Below are positions 35,205 to 48,680 of a stretch of DNA of 64,000 nt, piece by piece. The translations under genes and the position numbers were made by a program. Source of the stretch: Eledone cirrhosa (Eukaryota); NCBI GenBank assembly GCA_964016885.1, contig OZ024750.1, forward strand, positions 13,268,001 through 13,332,000. The letters are read 5' to 3'. Every line of letters starts with the position of its first letter. The first letter of the stretch is position 1. The notes beneath the pieces were generated by a model that was not told where the DNA came from, did not search any database, and worked only from the letters and a program-made list of their open reading frames with translations.

Positions 35205-37075
35205 TTGTCAGGTAAACTATAAAGTGTAAACTACTACACCTGAGCTCTACCACACATACAATCAGAATAATAGGTCGTAATAGTATATGACAGCCGAAGT
35301 TTATACAAATTAAAATTAGCATTTTACAGGATCTTTATTTTTTCTTTCGTGAAATGCTAAAATAATTTTAAATAAAGAAGACACCTAATTTAAAGTTGGA
35401 AAATAGGTAGCTTATTGATTTGTTTTCTTAATAATTGTTGATAGTTTCGAAACATTTATATTTACCGAGATACTTTGTTACTTTGTTTTAATTCAATAAA
35501 TCTAAAATATATTGATTGACTAAAAAGGAGTCTCCGGCACCCCTTGTGGTGTTTGACTGATTGACACTGTTAAATAAATATTTCCTTTCGTTTTGATTTT
35601 ATATTTTTAGGTATATATAATTTGTTTATATATATTTTCATTGAGAATTATGAATAAAAATTCCACTTATTTCCTCAAAGATACATGCAGAACATTTATG
35701 TTATATGTTTTCTAACTAGGGATATATTCTCTAAAAGATATGTTACTGACATTCTGAATAAGGTTTTTAAATCAGTTATGTCAGTTACCTGACATTCTGA
35801 ATAAGGTTTTTAAATCTTTGCACAGTATTCTATATATTTAGATCGATAAAAATAAAACAAAAGCAAAGAGAACTTATATCTAAAGAAACTAATATAGATG
35901 AAAAGCAAAATATCGAACAATATAAGAAAATATATGATTGCTAACACAGAAATTACAGCTGGTGTTTGTTATACGATATTAATTCATTAAATTAGGTCCC
36001 TTCTGGCACATAATGGTCTGTAAGTGGTAAATTGATCAGTCTACGACCATTTAATAACTATTTATATGGTAAATTAATCTTGATTTTGGAGGAAATTATG
36101 AAACAAACACTGAGGATTTCAACGTATCAGGTGTAATATTAAATTGAAAGTAAAGAGTAAATTGAGAGTTAAGAGCAACAGATGAACTATATTAAAATAA
36201 GTTAAAACCCGTGAAGATCTGAGCCAGTAATAAGATCATCTTAGAGGTCAGAATGTTGTAGAATACAATAAAAACTGTGATTTTGAACTTTAAGTTTAAT
36301 TATATTCAAAAGAAAAATATGAAAATTACTTCAGAAGATTTCAATTAGGGGGGTAAATTACAACATATTTAGAATACGTGTGTTCTGTCTTATTTTTTTA
36401 TCTCTCAAAATATTTATTTTATTATTCCCAGTTGTATAAATAATATTACAAATTGTTTATAATTCTTACAGGGTGAAAATATAAACACATAATAAATACA
36501 ATAAATTATTACTTAAGAACCTCACAGAAATATATGATCAAAGAGATAATAATAATGAAATTATTGTGTACAGTGCTCAGGTGTTCACGTTCCCCCAGAC
36601 CATTTGATTATAAACTTAATATATCTATTTTTTAAAGAATAAGGATGTTTAATGTATATTACCAGGTTATTTAAAATTAAATTTCAATGTAGAAGAAAAA
36701 TTAAGCTAAACGCAATCAAAATACCTGGGAAATAGTTGTTAATGATCTACAGGTGACAGTTATTTATAAAAAAAAAATATCGTACAGGTGTGCTGAATTT
36801 ATTTATCATGGGAGACAAATAAATACCTAAACAAACTAGGTATATAAAGTAAAAAACGAAATTATGTTTATAAATAATCTGAAATAGTAAATTAAAGTAG
36901 AACTCATAATTTTATAGTCGGAAGGTAAGCAATCTAAAATCGAACGTAATAGTGTTTAACAATTATGTGTGATTAATGTATATATATATAATTAGGTTAC
37001 CTGATATTGTATATTACAGCTCGTCCATCGGACTGAGTGCTCTTCTAATTTTAGATATAATATTTTTTACGAAAT

Positions 37076-37116
<41 letters not shown>

Positions 37117-37575
37117 TTATTTATTGTGTTGTGAATTTCGTATTAAAAAAATTGTCAGTCATGACTAGAATATATATGATGACAGAGCTACTTAATCAGA
37201 GCTTACCTGGGGCTAAACAAATGTAAATAATCAATAATAAACACGTTATTAAAGAAGATATAGTTAACTAAAACTAGTTTTAATGACATACCTGAATCAC
37301 CTCCAGCTGAGGGGGAAACCGTGTCTTAAATCATGTAGAAACGGCTACAACATATTTGACGATGTAAAGAATGACCCGTCCAGGTATGTAAACTGGCTTG
37401 TAAAGACGACCCACTCAACAACAGCGATGAAAATGACTGCTGACATACACTTTTAACTTACTCTAATTATTGTGTTTCACCTGTTTCCCAACAGAAATAA
37501 TAATCTGGTTTTAAAGACATCACCTGAATATCTTCATTTCAAATGTGACACAATATAAAATATAACAGGTGAAAT
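35205..37575. promoter_or_regulatory. Cluster of CAGGTG/CAGGTA (E2-box-type) motifs
   Basis: About 14 CAGGTR/YACCTG in 2.4 kb of AT-rich DNA (e.g. 35209, 35237, 36128, 36578, 36750, 36785, 37478, 37521, 37566). Confidence 0.5.
37292..37480 (-). other. Candidate non-coding 5' exon of the SESTD1-like gene
   Basis: Strong donor CAG|GTATGT at 37292/37291, locally higher GC/CpG, stops in all three frames. Exon 32413 has an acceptor, so an upstream exon is needed. Upstream boundary is approximate. Confidence 0.4.
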
Positions 37576-38737
37576 GTTTCCATTGTAAACGTGTAAATAA
37601 ATCAATCACTTAAGTAGGAGGAAATTTAATTAAGGTAACAGCCATAGCTTTAAACAAACAGGTTCTGAAAACTTTGACAAGTGTCATTGGGTGAAGCAAA
37701 GAAATGCAAAAACAAAACAAAATACTTTCTCTCTTTTTCACACATACAAACACGCGATATGTTAAAGTTATAATGTAAACACATTTATTTTTAGTAATAA
37801 ACTGACTATGTGTGTATGTGTGTGTGTGAATGACGTCTAAAAATACGGCTTAAGGTAGGTAAAAGTACAGATCCATTTCAGAAATCGAACCACGCATCTA
37901 TCGCTCACTAATTGATCGTGCTACAGATTATTCTTTGTTTCTAATGTTACAAATCGATAAGTTCGATACAGTTGATGTTGCCTTTTGACCAACTGCAAAT
38001 CATTGAAATCACGGGAAAACATGATCAGAGAGAAAATTCCAGTAAGGTGGCATTCTTGGAATTAAGGATTGGATATAGTTGTTAGTATGGTTCCAATGAT
38101 GTGACTACAGAAGTTAGTGAGGAGTCCTTATATGGAGGTAACACGAGACCAAAAAAAACAGAGGAAACTGTAGTAGTGGTAGGAAATATAGAGTGAGGAG
38201 ACAGCACGTTTGAGCCAATAGCAACAAATGCTTCTCTACTGCTTTTGCTAACTCATGAAGGTTTTTGCGTTCAGTCTGAATTCTTTGAGTTCAGTCTGAA
38301 TTCTATCAATAAGCATCAATCTCTCCCCCGCTCTATATCTAATATACAACACTCTCTCCCAACCTTCCTCTCTATATCAATTACCACCAAACTCTCCCCC
38401 TCTCTATATCTATATATATCTCTCCCACCCCACCTATCTCTACATAACATGTACATAAATTGTAGCGCATATACAAATAGATGGGTGTTTTGGTGGTTTG
38501 AAAAAAATACATATAATTATTTGGGGGGGGGGGGGGGGGGCATTGTCTCTCTCCCCCTCCCCGTAGAAAAATTACCAATTTTCCAATCCCAGCCCTTATT
38601 CCAAACTTCTACTCCTGCTTATTCCACTCAACCCCACCCCTGTTATTTGGGACTCGAGAGTATATGCTGTACCTCCACATATCCCTCTCTACCTCTATTT
38701 ACAACACTGCAGGGACCATACCCTCATCAAATACTCG

Positions 38738-38960
38738 TTGAACACCTGAGAAAATTGAACACCTCAGAAAGTTGAACACCTGAGAAAATTGAACACCTGA
38801 GAAAATTGAACACCTGAGAAAGTTGAACATCTCAGAAAATTGAACACCTGAGAAAGTTGAATATCTGAGAAAGTTGAACATCTCAGAAAGTTGAACACCT
38901 GAGAAAGTTGAATATCTGAGAAAGTTGAACATCTCAGAAAGTTGAACACCTGAGAAAGTT
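38738..38960. repeat. Minisatellite, 17-bp unit (ttgaacacctgagaaar) x13
   Basis: Direct inspection; many units carry CACCTG. Confidence 0.92.
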
Positions 38961-39004
38961 CACTCTGTTTGCATTGATCGAAATATTAAGATTGTCAGTG
39001 ATAT

Positions 39005-39013
39005 AGGTGTTGA

Positions 39014-39046
<33 letters not shown>

Positions 39047-39183
39047 AACTGTTGTTGTTGTTGGTGATGTTGTTATTGTTATTGTTGTTGCAACTGCTGC
39101 TGTTATTGTTGTTGGTGTTACTGTTGTTGCTGTTATTGTTGTTATTGCAGCTGCTGCTGCTGCTGCTGCTGCTGTTGTTGTTA
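39005..39183. repeat. (GTT)n/(GCT)n trinucleotide tract
   Basis: Direct inspection. Confidence 0.9.
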
Positions 39184-39727
39184 TACTAAATGCTAGTATT
39201 AAGTGCGGTGAGTCAGTTTTTAAAAATGTAGCAATTATTGAAGACATGCCTGCTGATAGATTAAACAACAAATGCAACCGTTGTGTAGTTGTTAAATGGG
39301 TCATATTTTACGTCAGAATTAAATATTTAACACTTTCATTATTGAAACAGATTTGATTTCATGCTTTCTCTTGCTGGGTCACTTCATTTTCTTAAACAAA
39401 ACTAAAAACAATTTAAACTATTCCCATATTAATTCTATTCTGAAGGTGGTTATTTCTGATTGCTGTCAATATTGATTTCTATGATAAGCAGGTGGCCACA
39501 AATATCGTATTTGTGTGGAGAGGAGTATAAACAATTTTATCGTTGACCTCAATATTTCACTAATATTTATTTTATTGATCTCGGAACTATGAAAGGAATA
39601 GTGGACCTCTGTGGTATTTGAACTCACAACGTAAAGGAACGCAACCAAATGCTTATAAGGGCATTTATGCAGTGCTCTGTCGATTCTGCTAAATTCAAAA
39701 TCAATAGTGTATGTATTTATGTATAGA

Positions 39728-39845
39728 AGGCGTGTGGCTGATTGGTTAGAGAACTGGATTCGCAATCGTGAAGTTGTCGGTTCGATTCCTGGACCGGGCG
39801 ATGCGTTATGTCCTTGAGCAAGATACTTTATTTCACGTTGCTCCT
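39728..39845 (+). mobile_element. Second tRNA-derived SINE family (other copies about 20830-21055 minus and 51995-52165 plus)
   Basis: gtggctgattggttaga A-box, ggttcgattcc B-box, tgtccttgagcaagatactttatttcac body shared between copies. Confidence 0.65.
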
Positions 39846-40273
39846 TCTACCTGAAGTTGCGACCGATAGATAGTATAGGCAATTGGAAAGATCAACGGAA
39901 ACGTTGTTTCCTCGGTCCGATTTGACGAAAGTCGATCGACAATTTTATTTTTAATGTCTAGATCCGTAACTCCTTATGGAGTCGTAGGGAGAGGGGTCCA
40001 ACTCTGACCATGCACCTGTAGGCTGGTTAATTTGAGGAGGAGAGGGGGTGCCCTAGTGGGGTACCTGAGTCGCCCCTGGGTCGTCCACCACCTCCTATTG
40101 GGGAATTTATTTTGTTATGTTTATGCATAGTTTATTTTATATTTTCATTATTAAATTGGTATTGCTATTGTGCACTTTTACTCGACCTTATTGTAAACCT
40201 CCACTGTCCATGTCTTTGTATTGTCCCCTACATGTCGGCCCTTGTGGCAAAATAAATGAAATCATTATCATTA

Positions 40274-40307
<34 letters not shown>

Positions 40308-40474
40308 ATCATTATTATTATCATCCCCCTCCATTTGCACAGTGATGATCTTGTTAACACTGGATCATTTAATCGATTCCCTATCAGGTTATGTAACCTC
40401 AGATAAACTACTTTCCACAGACTATTTTCTGTTCCCCATAATGTTATCATCATTATTATTATTAATATTATAGT

Positions 40475-40665
40475 AGGGCGGTGGATTGGCAGTATCGGTA
40501 GAGGGTCGGACGCCATGCTTTGACGCATAAAGTTACAGCCCTTGCCATTCTGAGTTCAAATCCCGCCGAGGTTAACTTTGCCTTTCATCCTTACGGAGTC
40601 GATAAAATAAAGTACCAGTAATGCACTGAGTAATTGCTGGCCTTGTGCCAAAAGTAGAAACTATT
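40475..40665 (+). mobile_element. SINE, same family, full length
   Basis: agggcggtggattggcagtatcgg... full consensus match. Confidence 0.87.
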
Positions 40666-42351
40666 AATATTATTATTATAAGTACTATCATGTCACTAAG
40701 CATTAAATTTTAGATTTTGCTTGTGCAGAATTCTTGGCAAAAAAAACATCTAGAAATTCCCTTGACGCCTTCATTCAACACTGGCCTCACAGAATAAAAA
40801 GAATGTTTTCTTACACATTATAAAGAAGATGTTACAAGTAAGAGATGCCAGCCATATCAACCAAGTATATCAGACTCACTATTTTAAGATACAAGCAGTT
40901 TATATTCTCTAAACCTTTCGGCTTATATAATGGAAAGTGTCGATCATATAAACTTAGAGTAACATCTCTTTAACATATTAAAAGATTTACAAGACATAGG
41001 ACAAATTTTAAATAATGATTTAGGCACAAGGTCTAAAGTTGATTAAATCAACCCCAGGTCATTACTGGTACTTTATTTTATTTACCCTGTAAGGATGAAA
41101 GGCGGATCTTTACTTCAGCTGGATTTGAACTTAGAATATAAAGTGACACCGATTAAATCGAGATAAACACTGGCTTGATGAGCCTCGGGCTTTGAGACAA
41201 GTTTTAACGTTTTTAATGGTTTCAGCTTGTTAACAATTTACTTCTATATTATAACAGCTCCTGTCCTTGGCGGCATATCTTATCATCATCATCATCAACA
41301 TCGTTTTCATGTCTGTTTTTCCACACTTGCATGCGTTGGACAAGTCCTTCTTAGCACAGCATCTCTCCCTTTGCTGTGTTTCTTCATCATCTCTTCTGTG
41401 AGTCTCAGCAATTTGAGGTCAGCTTTCACTCTACCTCTGCCCAAGTCTTTCTCAGTCTACCTGAACTACAGCTTCCTTCCAATGTCTTATCTATTCAGTA
41501 TTCTGGAGTAAGTAGAATGACAGAGAAAAATTAATTATCTCCAATATTTAATGTTGGAATTTAATTGATCTTGATTGATTGAAAGTTGTGGAGAATTGCT
41601 ACAATCTCTTCTCTTTGATCTGTGAATTATGCCCTATGTCATGTAGTTGAATATACACCAAGATGTCTCTAATAAATAAGAAATATGTTTGTTTAATCCC
41701 TGCTGAGTTTAAGATAATAAAAATTCAGATTGATCACATTTAGCAATACTTCAAGTTAAGTAATGGGGAAGAGAAGCAAATCATTCGAGGTTTTCAGTAG
41801 AAAAAGAAAGCAAAAAAGGAAAAGAAAAGAGTTTAAAATAAGCTGCTCCAATTCCATATTGTAGGAAAGTGAGCTTTAATTCATGACTGATAAATATGAG
41901 ATAAAACAGTAAGTAGCTATATATTAAATATAACATATTTTAATATTTTATCCTGAAGGAGCAAGGCAGAAGTTATATAAGACAACAAAGATTGTGATCA
42001 ATGCTATCACTACTAGATTCCTAAACAGAACTACTTAGTAGGTGTGACTTATATGATATAGATATACAATTACAATATTCCCGATATACTATATCAAAAT
42101 ATTTCTCTAATCTTGTCAAGCCAAATCTTATGTTACAAGAAGACAGAACACAATTTACGGAAAAGACATTTGTATAATTCAAACCAAATATATTTAACAA
42201 CTACTGAAAGGTTTGGTTTCTCTCTGTTAACAGAACAAATACCTGTAGCTAATACAGCATCAAGGCTTTCTTATTTTTGTATAAGTACCAAGCATGTTTT
42301 ATGTGTTTATGCATTCATGTAATGAGAGTAGATTATATTACTTCAATAAAT

Positions 42352-42506
42352 TCTTCTTCTTCTTCGCCCACTTATTTCTGGGAAGGTTGTAGGGAGAAGA
42401 GTCTTCAAGCACACCTTCCAACGTGTCCTGTCAGAATCTATTGTCTCCAATTGATCCGGTTGGATCCTCAAGCAAGACCAGCCAAACTCATGGATGTTAT
42501 CCAACC
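42352..42506 (-). mobile_element. Short 3' end of the same RTE family
   Basis: Shares agaccagccaa.ctcatggatgttatccaacc with 2744-2775; (GAA)n tail on the minus strand. Confidence 0.6.
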
Positions 42507-43019
42507 CTCTTTCTATATATTATTAAATAAATTTTGTTTATGGATAAAGGAACTTGAAAAAAAAATTGTAACTCTTCTGATTTCCTCGTTCATTTTTAAT
42601 TTAATTTTATAAGATTCCAAGAATAAAACGTGTTTTTATACGTTTTACGTAACGAGAACATAGAATAATTTATTCTGTGTTACTCGGTAAATAAGACATT
42701 CCTGGTAGCTAGCTACATACAGATTTACTCACTTCTTTTCCTATCGTTCTTATTTGCATGTTCCTATCTGATAGTTTCTATCTCTTTTCTCAGCTATCAG
42801 CACACGTGAGAAGAATTATTATCTTTAGAACAGCTTGATAATAACTGAACGACGCAACATAACTGTGTGTGGGGTGTATATGTAGCTGATGAAATTATTA
42901 ACAGCTAGAAAAAACATTTGTGTATATAAAAGCTTTACTTTGCCCACCGGTGGCACCTAGGGTCAATCACGTCTTATTTGATGATATAGATTTGTTTATT
43001 TACTATAGTACCTTAATAA

Positions 43020-43235
43020 TTTCTAGTATAGGCACAAAGCCAGTAATTTGGGGGGAGGGGAAAGTCGATTAAATCGACCCCAGTACGTTACTGGTGCTTT
43101 ATTTTATCGACCTCGTAAGAATGAAAGGCAAAACTAATCTCAGCGGGATTTGAACTTAGACCGTAAAGGCCGTAACTCTATGCTACAAAGCATGGTGCCC
43201 GACTCTCTACCGATACTGTCAATCCACAGCCCTAA
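43020..43235 (-). mobile_element. SINE, same family (long-tail variant) with target-site duplication
   Basis: Consensus match; GTACCTTAATAA at 43008-43019 and 43239-43250. Confidence 0.85.
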
Positions 43236-44322
43236 ATTGTACCTTAATAAGCAGCAAATTACCAAAGACCAAACTAGTTCTCTCGAAATACAATTCTGAT
43301 TAGCTTTGAAATATCGTTGTCAAAAAAAAAAAGAAGTTCAGTTATCATTCCCCTCTTTACCTCTTCTTCCCCTGTCACCTTCTCTCTGACACCTTAGAAA
43401 TTAAAACGAACGATAATAATTATTACAGTGGAAAGAAGAGTCTATTTGAGTAATAATTTCTAGCTCAGAAATATTAATACTAATATAATTGCCAAGTCCT
43501 GGATTTCAATACCAGAATCTCTGGAGATGACATCGGGATAGGAGAGCTTGCGCCCCCTGTTATTCGTGACTGCTTATGGTTTCCAAAGCACTAATGGGAA
43601 CACAGCCTCATAGGTGGCATGGCGGTAGTGGCCAGCAAATCTTACTCTCCTTTTACGTACAACGATAGATATAATATCAATACGGTGCTGTACTCGCAGT
43701 TTTAATTTAGTCGATTAACTAAATTCCATTTATCTCTGATTTATTAATATACTCATAACGAAACCTATACATAAACACGGCGCAATCAAGAATAACAATC
43801 TTCCTTCTTTATAAACAAAACAATTTTATTATTGAAAACAATTCGTCTAGATAGAAGAAATATACCAATTTCACGAGAGACAAAATATTTCAGACGTGTT
43901 TGTTCAATACATTGGACAAACATGTCTTTCAGGTTATAGATGGTTTCATTTTATGTTTTGATAGGAGTGTCTAGTCGAATTATTTACTACAGCTATATTG
44001 ATAGTGATAATGGCGGTGGTGCTGAAATATTTGTATGGCGTCGCTACTGCGCTGTTTTGCTAATCCAAAAACAATTTCAGCATTGTAGCTTTGACAATTA
44101 AATAACCATCCAATAAATGCCGAAGTAAAAATTAACTGATGCGTGTGTTTATATTGGCAGCATGACTCTCCTAAAGTATAATGATATTTTGGTATATCTG
44201 TTTCAGCATACGATTTCACCTCAAGAATTTTGTAAAACATACAAAAATGAAATATATTTAGAGAAAGAGATAGAGAGAGAGAATTATATATATGTGTGTG
44301 TGTGTGTGTGTATGTGTGTGTG

Positions 44323-44503
44323 TGAATTGGCAGTATCGGTAGAGGGTTGGACGCCATGCTTTCTAGCATAGTTACGTCCCTTTACGGTCTGAGTTCAAAT
44401 CCCGGCGAGGTTAACTTTGCCTTTCATTCTTACGTGGTCGATAAAATAAAGTACCAGTAATGTACTGGGTAATTGCTGGCCTTGTGCCTAAAGTAGAAAC
44501 AGT
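44323..44503 (+). mobile_element. SINE, same family
   Basis: Consensus match. Confidence 0.85.
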
Positions 44504-44516
44504 TATATATATATGT

Positions 44517-44562
<46 letters not shown>

Positions 44563-44907
44563 AATCGACGTTTTAGTGTCACTAAAACTCCCTTCACTGC
44601 ACACGTACTTCAAAAAGTTTGTTTTTCTGCTAAACTACTTCCAACTTTGCCAGTAACAGGCATATAAACATTGTATAGAAACAATATGACTCAAAATACA
44701 TCTACCTATTCGGAAATATCAAACCTACTTAAATTTCTAAAGGAAATTAAAAACCTTCCTGTTCATCGGTTCGGAATTTTTTCTTTCTTTTCTTTCTTTT
44801 TTTTTCCATGGAATTGAGAAGTATTTTTTTAACATCTTGCGCAGATTTACAATCCTACAATCGTTCTTGGATTGGCGAACAACCTAGCATCTGCGCAATA
44901 TAAATAT

Positions 44908-45140
44908 TTCATCATCATCATCATCAACATCACCATCATCATCACCATCACCCCCATGATCATCACCACCATCACCATCACCACCATCATCATCACCATC
45001 ACCATCACCATCACCCCCATGATCACCATCACCATCACCATCATCACCATCACCATCATCATCACCATCACCCCCATGATCACCATCACATCATCATCAC
45101 CATCACATCATCATCATCATCACCACTATGATCATCATCT
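44908..45140. repeat. (CAT/CAC)n compound microsatellite
   Basis: Direct inspection. Confidence 0.9.
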
Positions 45141-45434
45141 CTCCACGCAGCTGTACTGAATCATTTGATTATTATTCTTATCTAAACACACTGAAACTAT
45201 CTCTCCATATTTATATACAGGTTAATTAAGAAATTCGTTACAAATATACCTTATATATTAAATATAATTATATATTTTGGTAACATATATTTTACAAATT
45301 ATATTCTAAAAATTAGCCCCCATACTCTTTACTTTAATAAGACAAACATCTACCTCCTATACAAGTGTTGCTTTTTTAATAAGAAAATATTAAACACATT
45401 TTTTTTAAAAACCGTACCAATATCAGAAATCAAT

Positions 45435-45660
45435 GTGGATTGGCAGTATCGGTAGAGGGTCGGACGCCATGCTTTGCAGCATAGAGTGACGGCCCTTTAT
45501 GATCTGAGTTCAAATCCCGCCGAGGTTAACTTTGCCTTTTATCCTTAACGGGGTCGATAAAATAAAGTACCAGTCACGTACTGGGACCGATTTAATCGAC
45601 TTTACCCCTCCCTCTCCCCTCTTCCCCAAATTGCTGGCCTTGTGCCTATATAAGAAACCA
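45435..45660 (+). mobile_element. SINE, same family (long-tail variant)
   Basis: Consensus match including the gatttaatcgact tail segment. Confidence 0.85.
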
Positions 45661-46249
45661 ATATTTATTATGAAGAAATATTCCTGGCATAAATATATGT
45701 GATTTGTTCTCATCACTAATTTTAATTACTTAAAATATTCTAGGTTTATTTTATTATGCTTGTTAGCAGCCATCTTACTACTACAAGATATCACATACCG
45801 ATAAACCTGCTGTAACTAATTTTAGCACTAATGTAAGCGACTATACTTTTGCTTTAACATCGCAAAAGCACACATCTGGTATTTTATTACTTTTTTTACT
45901 TTTTTTACTTTTTTTACTTTTTTTACTTTTTTTACCCTGGTAGGTTTTTAGGTTTATGATTATTCTATTCTCGTTTGAGAAGTTTGCATCAAAACATTGC
46001 AAGCAATAAAACTATTAAATATCCAGTTAGTCTGTTACTTCACCGTTAGATTTGTTCTCCCTTTCTCTTATAACTAGCTTTACTGCAAGATACATTGGGT
46101 AGAGGATATTCGACATGTTGTTCAGTGCACACTAGAAAACTGATAAAGCAGTAAAAAGTCGTTCTTTATTAAAAAAAAAAAAAAAACGAACACAAGTTTT
46201 TGTTATTTACTCAGTAAAACACTTTGGCTGTCATTCACAATTGAAGATG

Positions 46250-46641
46250 CACACCTGCCAGCCTGTAAAAACCCAAACGGGGAGTACCGCGAAAAGATGC
46301 CCCAAAACGGGGGGAAAATGAAGCAAAACGGGGAGATTTTATATAATTGTTTCTACTTTAGGCACAAGGCCAGCAATTACCCAGTGCATTACTGGTACTT
46401 TATTTTATCGACCCCGTAAGGATGAAAGGCAAAGTCAACCTCGGCGGGATTTGAAATCAGATCGTAAAGGGACGTAACTATGCTGGAAAGCATGGCGTCC
46501 GACCCTCTACCAATACTGCCAATCCACCGCCCTTGGGGAGATTTTATATAATGAAAGCTTTTTCACAAGAGAAGACATCTCCCACCCACTCCAAAGTGGG
46601 TGGGAGATCTCATTGCCGGACGGGGAGAGTTGACAAGTCTG
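46250..46641. mobile_element. Non-autonomous DNA transposon (hAT- or P-like) interrupted by a SINE
   Basis: Imperfect TIRs CACACCTGCCAGC / GTTGACAAGTCTG, AAACGGGG subterminal repeats, flanks gaagatg and gaagttg, internal hairpin at 46577-46608. Confidence 0.55.
46348..46534 (-). mobile_element. SINE, same family, with perfect 18-bp target-site duplication
   Basis: GGGGAGATTTTATATAAT at 46330-46347 and 46535-46552. Confidence 0.9.
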
Positions 46642-46889
46642 GAAGTTGACTTAGTGGCATGCCTCATGCTTTTGTCCCTGAAGTCGAGAGCAGGCACCCT
46701 CTTGACTCGTTCGTCTTTGACTCAGCAGAACATCTACTGTGTGATAGTTAGAGGGAGTGAGGGCTGCACCATCCCTGGTACTTTCTTTGTCGACCCCGAA
46801 AGGATGTGAGGCAAAGTAGACTTTGGCACGATTTGAACGTAGAGAGCCGGAACCAATATTCCGGTGCTCTTACTGTTTATTTAAAATTA

Positions 46890-47016
46890 CCGTATTTCCC
46901 GGCGTCGAAGACGCTACTTTTTTCCCTAAAATAAGTCTCAAAAATCTACCATGCGTCCTGGAGGCCAAAGGTTTTTTTGGGGGTTTTTTTCAAATTTTCG
47001 GCGCCGGGAAATACAG
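46890..47016. mobile_element. Same MITE family, internally deleted, opposite orientation
   Basis: ta-CCGTATTTCCCGGCG ... CGCCGGGAAATACAG-ta. Confidence 0.78.
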
Positions 47017-48279
47017 TAAATTTTAAAAGCTTACTGAGTATTGAACTATTTAGAATGGAAAAGTTCCTCAACATTTTTGGTACATATATTTTGAAGAGAC
47101 TTGGTGGTTAAATTGAATATTAAATAAATCTTCTCCATACACTAATTACATACCTAAAATATTATATAAGGTTAATTTCTACTATGTGGTACTGTTGTCT
47201 AAGCTTGATATATGTCAAGCAGTACATTCTATGATGGTATTTGGCTTCATGATGTCGTAGCTATGCTAAGAACCTTTTACTTACTTCAAACGCTCTATGC
47301 TGAACTTATCTACATTACTTTTAAGAATTCAGACAGTACAGTGAGATTTTTTTATTGCTACAGTGTTATAAACTTTATGCAATAAGGAATAAAACGATAT
47401 TTTCAATATATTGTGCTCACATCGTGTCTGAAAAAATGCCAGACAATTAAACTTTATACAATTAACCATATGATTATTTTATCATATGTTGGATGTATTG
47501 TCGATGCGCCAACATATCAGATTACACATATCTATAGTTATGAAGTACCACTCCTAACCAGTCAGGAATCTAACACTGAAGGAAGATTAATTACTCAAGC
47601 AACAGTGATATAGAATATGAATAAGCAATTGGAAAGGTTTTAATTATGATTGTCATATTTCTCATCTTTCAGATTATCAATGTCATCTTATGCATGGTAG
47701 TGCTCTAAATCAGTACGCCTATGAATAAGAGCAATTGTACTCTAAAGTTTAGAAATAAAGGTTCCGCGTTTGAATCCAATTTAATACTATGGCCATATCT
47801 AGGAAAAAGTAGATGGAGGCAATTGAAGATGAAACTGATCGAAATTATTAGATTAGCAATCTGAAAATTTATAAACGTGTTTATTATAACTCATCTCAAA
47901 TAGTTGGATATTTAATCTATTAATTTTTTTTTTAATCCTGCCAAATCAATGGGTGGCAGTAGTTCCAGCTACAAGCATCGAAAGACTTGTGTAGTGGTTA
48001 TGAGAACAATGCAACTTTGCAGATGATCAATGCAAATTGACAATGGAAAGGCGCTCCCGCTCGAGTTAGAAGAGAACTATTGACCTTCAAGAGAAGCAGC
48101 GACCCCTGATTGTATTCAGCAACCGAAACAAATATGAAGTATACCAAATTCAATGCTCGTAGGGGCGGCCTTGGTTCTTCTTATTTGCGAGTGTAAACTC
48201 GGCCAGATTAGATTAGATTATTATAACTCATTCACCATGACAGAATGGTAAAGAGGTCCATTTGACAATAACCATTATG

Positions 48280-48680
48280 TGTCGGGTTCGATTACACTGT
48301 GTGGCAACTTGATCAAGTTTTATTTACTGTGACCTCGAGTTGACCCATGTCATGCAAGTCAAATTGGGGTAGACGGAAACTGTTCGGAAGCCCGTGGGGT
48401 GGGCTGTGTCTGTTATTCAGAAAGCCATACTTATCACACACTGTTAAGGATTCACGTGTCTGTGAAATGCTCAGCCAGTTAAAATATAATACAGGATATA
48501 CTGTATCTGTCATTCAAAGGGCCAGCCTTGTCGCTCACTGTGTCATGCTGAATCTCCCTGAGAATTACGTTAAGAATACATGTGTCTATGGCATGTTACA
48601 CGTTAATTTTACAGACAGGCCATTTCGTTCATCAAACAACTGGAATACTCATCGTCTAAAAATACGGAGATCCATTTTAT
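48280..48680 (+). mobile_element. Third SINE-like family (related pieces at 20259-20370, 25290-25370, 26330-26560, 53420-53545, 55790-56040, 62490-62690)
   Basis: Shared ggtagacggaaactg..gaagccc and tgtgtcatgctgaatctccctg segments; B-box-like ggttcgatt. Confidence 0.6.

Noticed and set aside
38960-39304. Poly-Thr/Ala ORF, and Met/Ile-rich ORFs at 44847-45159
   Set aside because: Trinucleotide microsatellite translations without splice or homology support.
39728-39800. tRNA-like A/B boxes (also SINE heads and 37880-37925, 60455-60500)
   Set aside because: No complete cloverleaf or acceptor stem; they continue into SINE bodies or are degenerate.
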